DNA of 64,000 nucleotides from Perkinsus olseni (Eukaryota): NCBI GenBank assembly GCA_013115125.1, contig JABANN010000002.1, positions 1 to 64,000 of the forward strand, read 5' to 3'. Shown piece by piece: positions 62,101 to 64,000 of this stretch (position 1 is its first letter; each line of letters starts with the position of its first letter). The notes under the pieces were generated by a model. It saw only the letters and a program-made list of their open reading frames with translations, ran no database searches and was not told where the DNA came from. The position numbers and the translations under genes were made by a program.

Positions 62101-63028
62101 TATCCTGCACGAAGGACGCAGCTTCGATCCTCGGCCAGGGCACTTTTCCTTACGGGATTCTGCTGATCTTCCACCTTTTCCTTGTTCTCTTCCTGTTGTT
62201 CTTCATGCCACAGGCAAGTGAGAACGATGCCGCACTGCGACTGATGAATTTCTCTCTTGTCCCTGCATAAAAGATACCACCCCTGCAACAACGGCAGTGG
62301 CTGCTCACTTATTGAAGGTTGGCTCGATGCTTCCGTCAGTTTCATCGAGACAGTCATTGAGCTGAGCCCCACAGTGGCTCTCCATGCATTGGACGTTGAA
62401 GTAGCGTCCTTGTCCGTAGGCGACCTCGGATACCTGTCGGAACGGAAGTGACGGACCCTTCTTTCCAGCGGACGCGCGCACTTACCGCTGCGATCGGCCA
62501 GGCCATCATGCGACTTTCGCTGGAAGCCTGAAAACAGGAGTGGACCCGAGGCGGATATCTTTCGACCTACTCTTGAGCCTTCTTCGACTAAAGATACGCC
62601 GCTCGAGGGAGGCTGCTGGGACGTCTGAGAGAGCCCGCTTCTCACTGCTTCGGTCGGAGAGCCGCTTCCCTTACCTGGATGGATCCACGGAACTGGCGAG
62701 AGCTGCTGCTGCTGTTGCATCGAGCCTGATGACAGGAGGAACTATCAGGCGTGAGCCCACAATAGTCGGCTGATAGAGTCCAAGCGTGAAGGGAGACGCA
62801 TACTGCTGAGCAGCTTCTACAGGACTACTCCCGGTGTTCATTACACTGCCGTCTCTCCTCAGTTTCAATAGGAGAGCTCCCAGGATCGCCTTCTGCACGT
62901 CAAATGCAATCCTGGGAACGCTGATAAGGCTCAGGAGAGACAGCAGTGTATTGAACACCGCCAGTACTATCGGGTTCTACCTCAGAGCCGAGGGCAAGCA
63001 AAGCCAGGGCGGTGATGGCTGTGCTCAT
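59150..63028 (-). CDS. Secreted multi-exon protein(s) with many S-hydrophobic-x-E/Q motifs and a Cys-rich module (one or two genes)
   Basis: Signal-like MSTAITALALLALG; SLVE, SFVQ, SVLE, SFLE, SFFQ, SFME, SLLE, SFIQ; Cys-rich exon CLQSSCDYELGNCD..CHSMVECL..CTKH..CGRKAKC. 3' end approximate. Confidence 0.55.
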
Positions 63029-64000
63029 AAAGTTGTAGTGAAAGAAAGGTAATAGCTACAACGGAGCAGCGTGAGGAAGACAGTCACTTTGGACCTTCAC
63101 AGATGTAGAAGATACTCCACGCTGCTACAAGTGATCCCACCAAGCGAAGGTATGCTCCCAAACTTGTACGAGGTTCGTGCTACGATGTGATGCGACCGAC
63201 GCGAATCCTGCGCTGAAAAAAGCGCGCGCCCAGCCGATCGATTATCTGCGCAGTTTCGTTTCCGAGACACGAGTCACGGAGAACTCGTCAGAGGGCATTT
63301 CTGAGACAGCTGTTCAGAATGTCTGCTGCCCGTCCTCATCTCCCGACCGTCATCACCTTCTACCTCTACCTCTTCCTAACGCCTGAAGATTCGAAGGTTC
63401 TCGCAAGCCCTGTAGTTGAGGCTGGTCTGTATCAGGGTGAAGTTGATGGTATTGGTACACTGCGAAGTATCGAGATGAACGTCACGCAAGGAGGGGCCTG
63501 GCAGGAAGATCTTTTAATTACGATGGCCCTCACTGGTCTAACGCCCGAGGGAGTGCTTGAGGTCGCCCAAGTGCCCAGAACACGTTGGCATAACTATAGC
63601 TCGAGCTATATCTCGATGTGGAGGGTGGAGCTCCGCCCGGGTTTTCTCGAGAAGCCCGATACGTGCTACCACCCTGAGCACTTCAATGTAAGGGTCAGCC
63701 GGAGTATTCGATCTTCCTTCACTACGTTCTCGGTCCCGAGGGAAGCACGCGAGCATCCACAGTGGTCACCAAGGATGAGACTGTGTGCTGTCTCTGGCGA
63801 CTGGTATCTGTTCTTGGGCAGTCGTTGTCAGGAACGTAAGCCACAGCACACCGCCAACCTTCCCGTTCTCATGAGGAGAGTAGATCGCAGGCCCATTACG
63901 GCGATTGACGGTCAATCTCGTCGGCCCAGCATTAGAGAGAAGGTTGCGTCCCCGGTTACTGTTGATGTGATACCCTCTAGCAACGAGGAAACCGAAGAGC

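Noticed and set aside
63380-64000. Possible partial gene at the window end
   Set aside because: Coding-like fragments, but no consistent frame or family could be supported.

Overview
Eukaryotic, intron-rich genomic DNA with many ~45-55 nt GT-AG introns. Gene style and the expanded secreted aspartic-protease family suggest an alveolate, probably Perkinsus (inference). Contents in order: an ABCG half-transporter (117-6534); a cluster of pepsin-like aspartic protease copies, one split by a ~10.9 kb AT-rich rolling-circle transposon and two pseudogenised; an MFS transporter (minus strand); a cyclic-nucleotide/ankyrin K+ channel; NAC-alpha; Vps53; an unknown gene; an intronless malate dehydrogenase; and a tandem array of secreted coiled-coil proteins with repeated S-hydrophobic-x-E/Q motifs. 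Two observations stand out. (1) The inserted element encodes an intronless HUH-Rep + PIF1 helicase + GIY-YIG nuclease fusion, plus a probable OB-fold/Zn ORF and an internal GC hairpin, and its ORF is open right up to the left junction. (2) Many short spliceosomal introns in unrelated genes consist largely of degenerate tRNA 3' halves, in places with the splice donor lying in the anticodon or T-loop and a T-run serving as the polypyrimidine tract. A complete intronic tRNA-Lys and a tRNA-headed SINE-like repeat are also present. Gene boundaries and exon structures were read by eye and are approximate.
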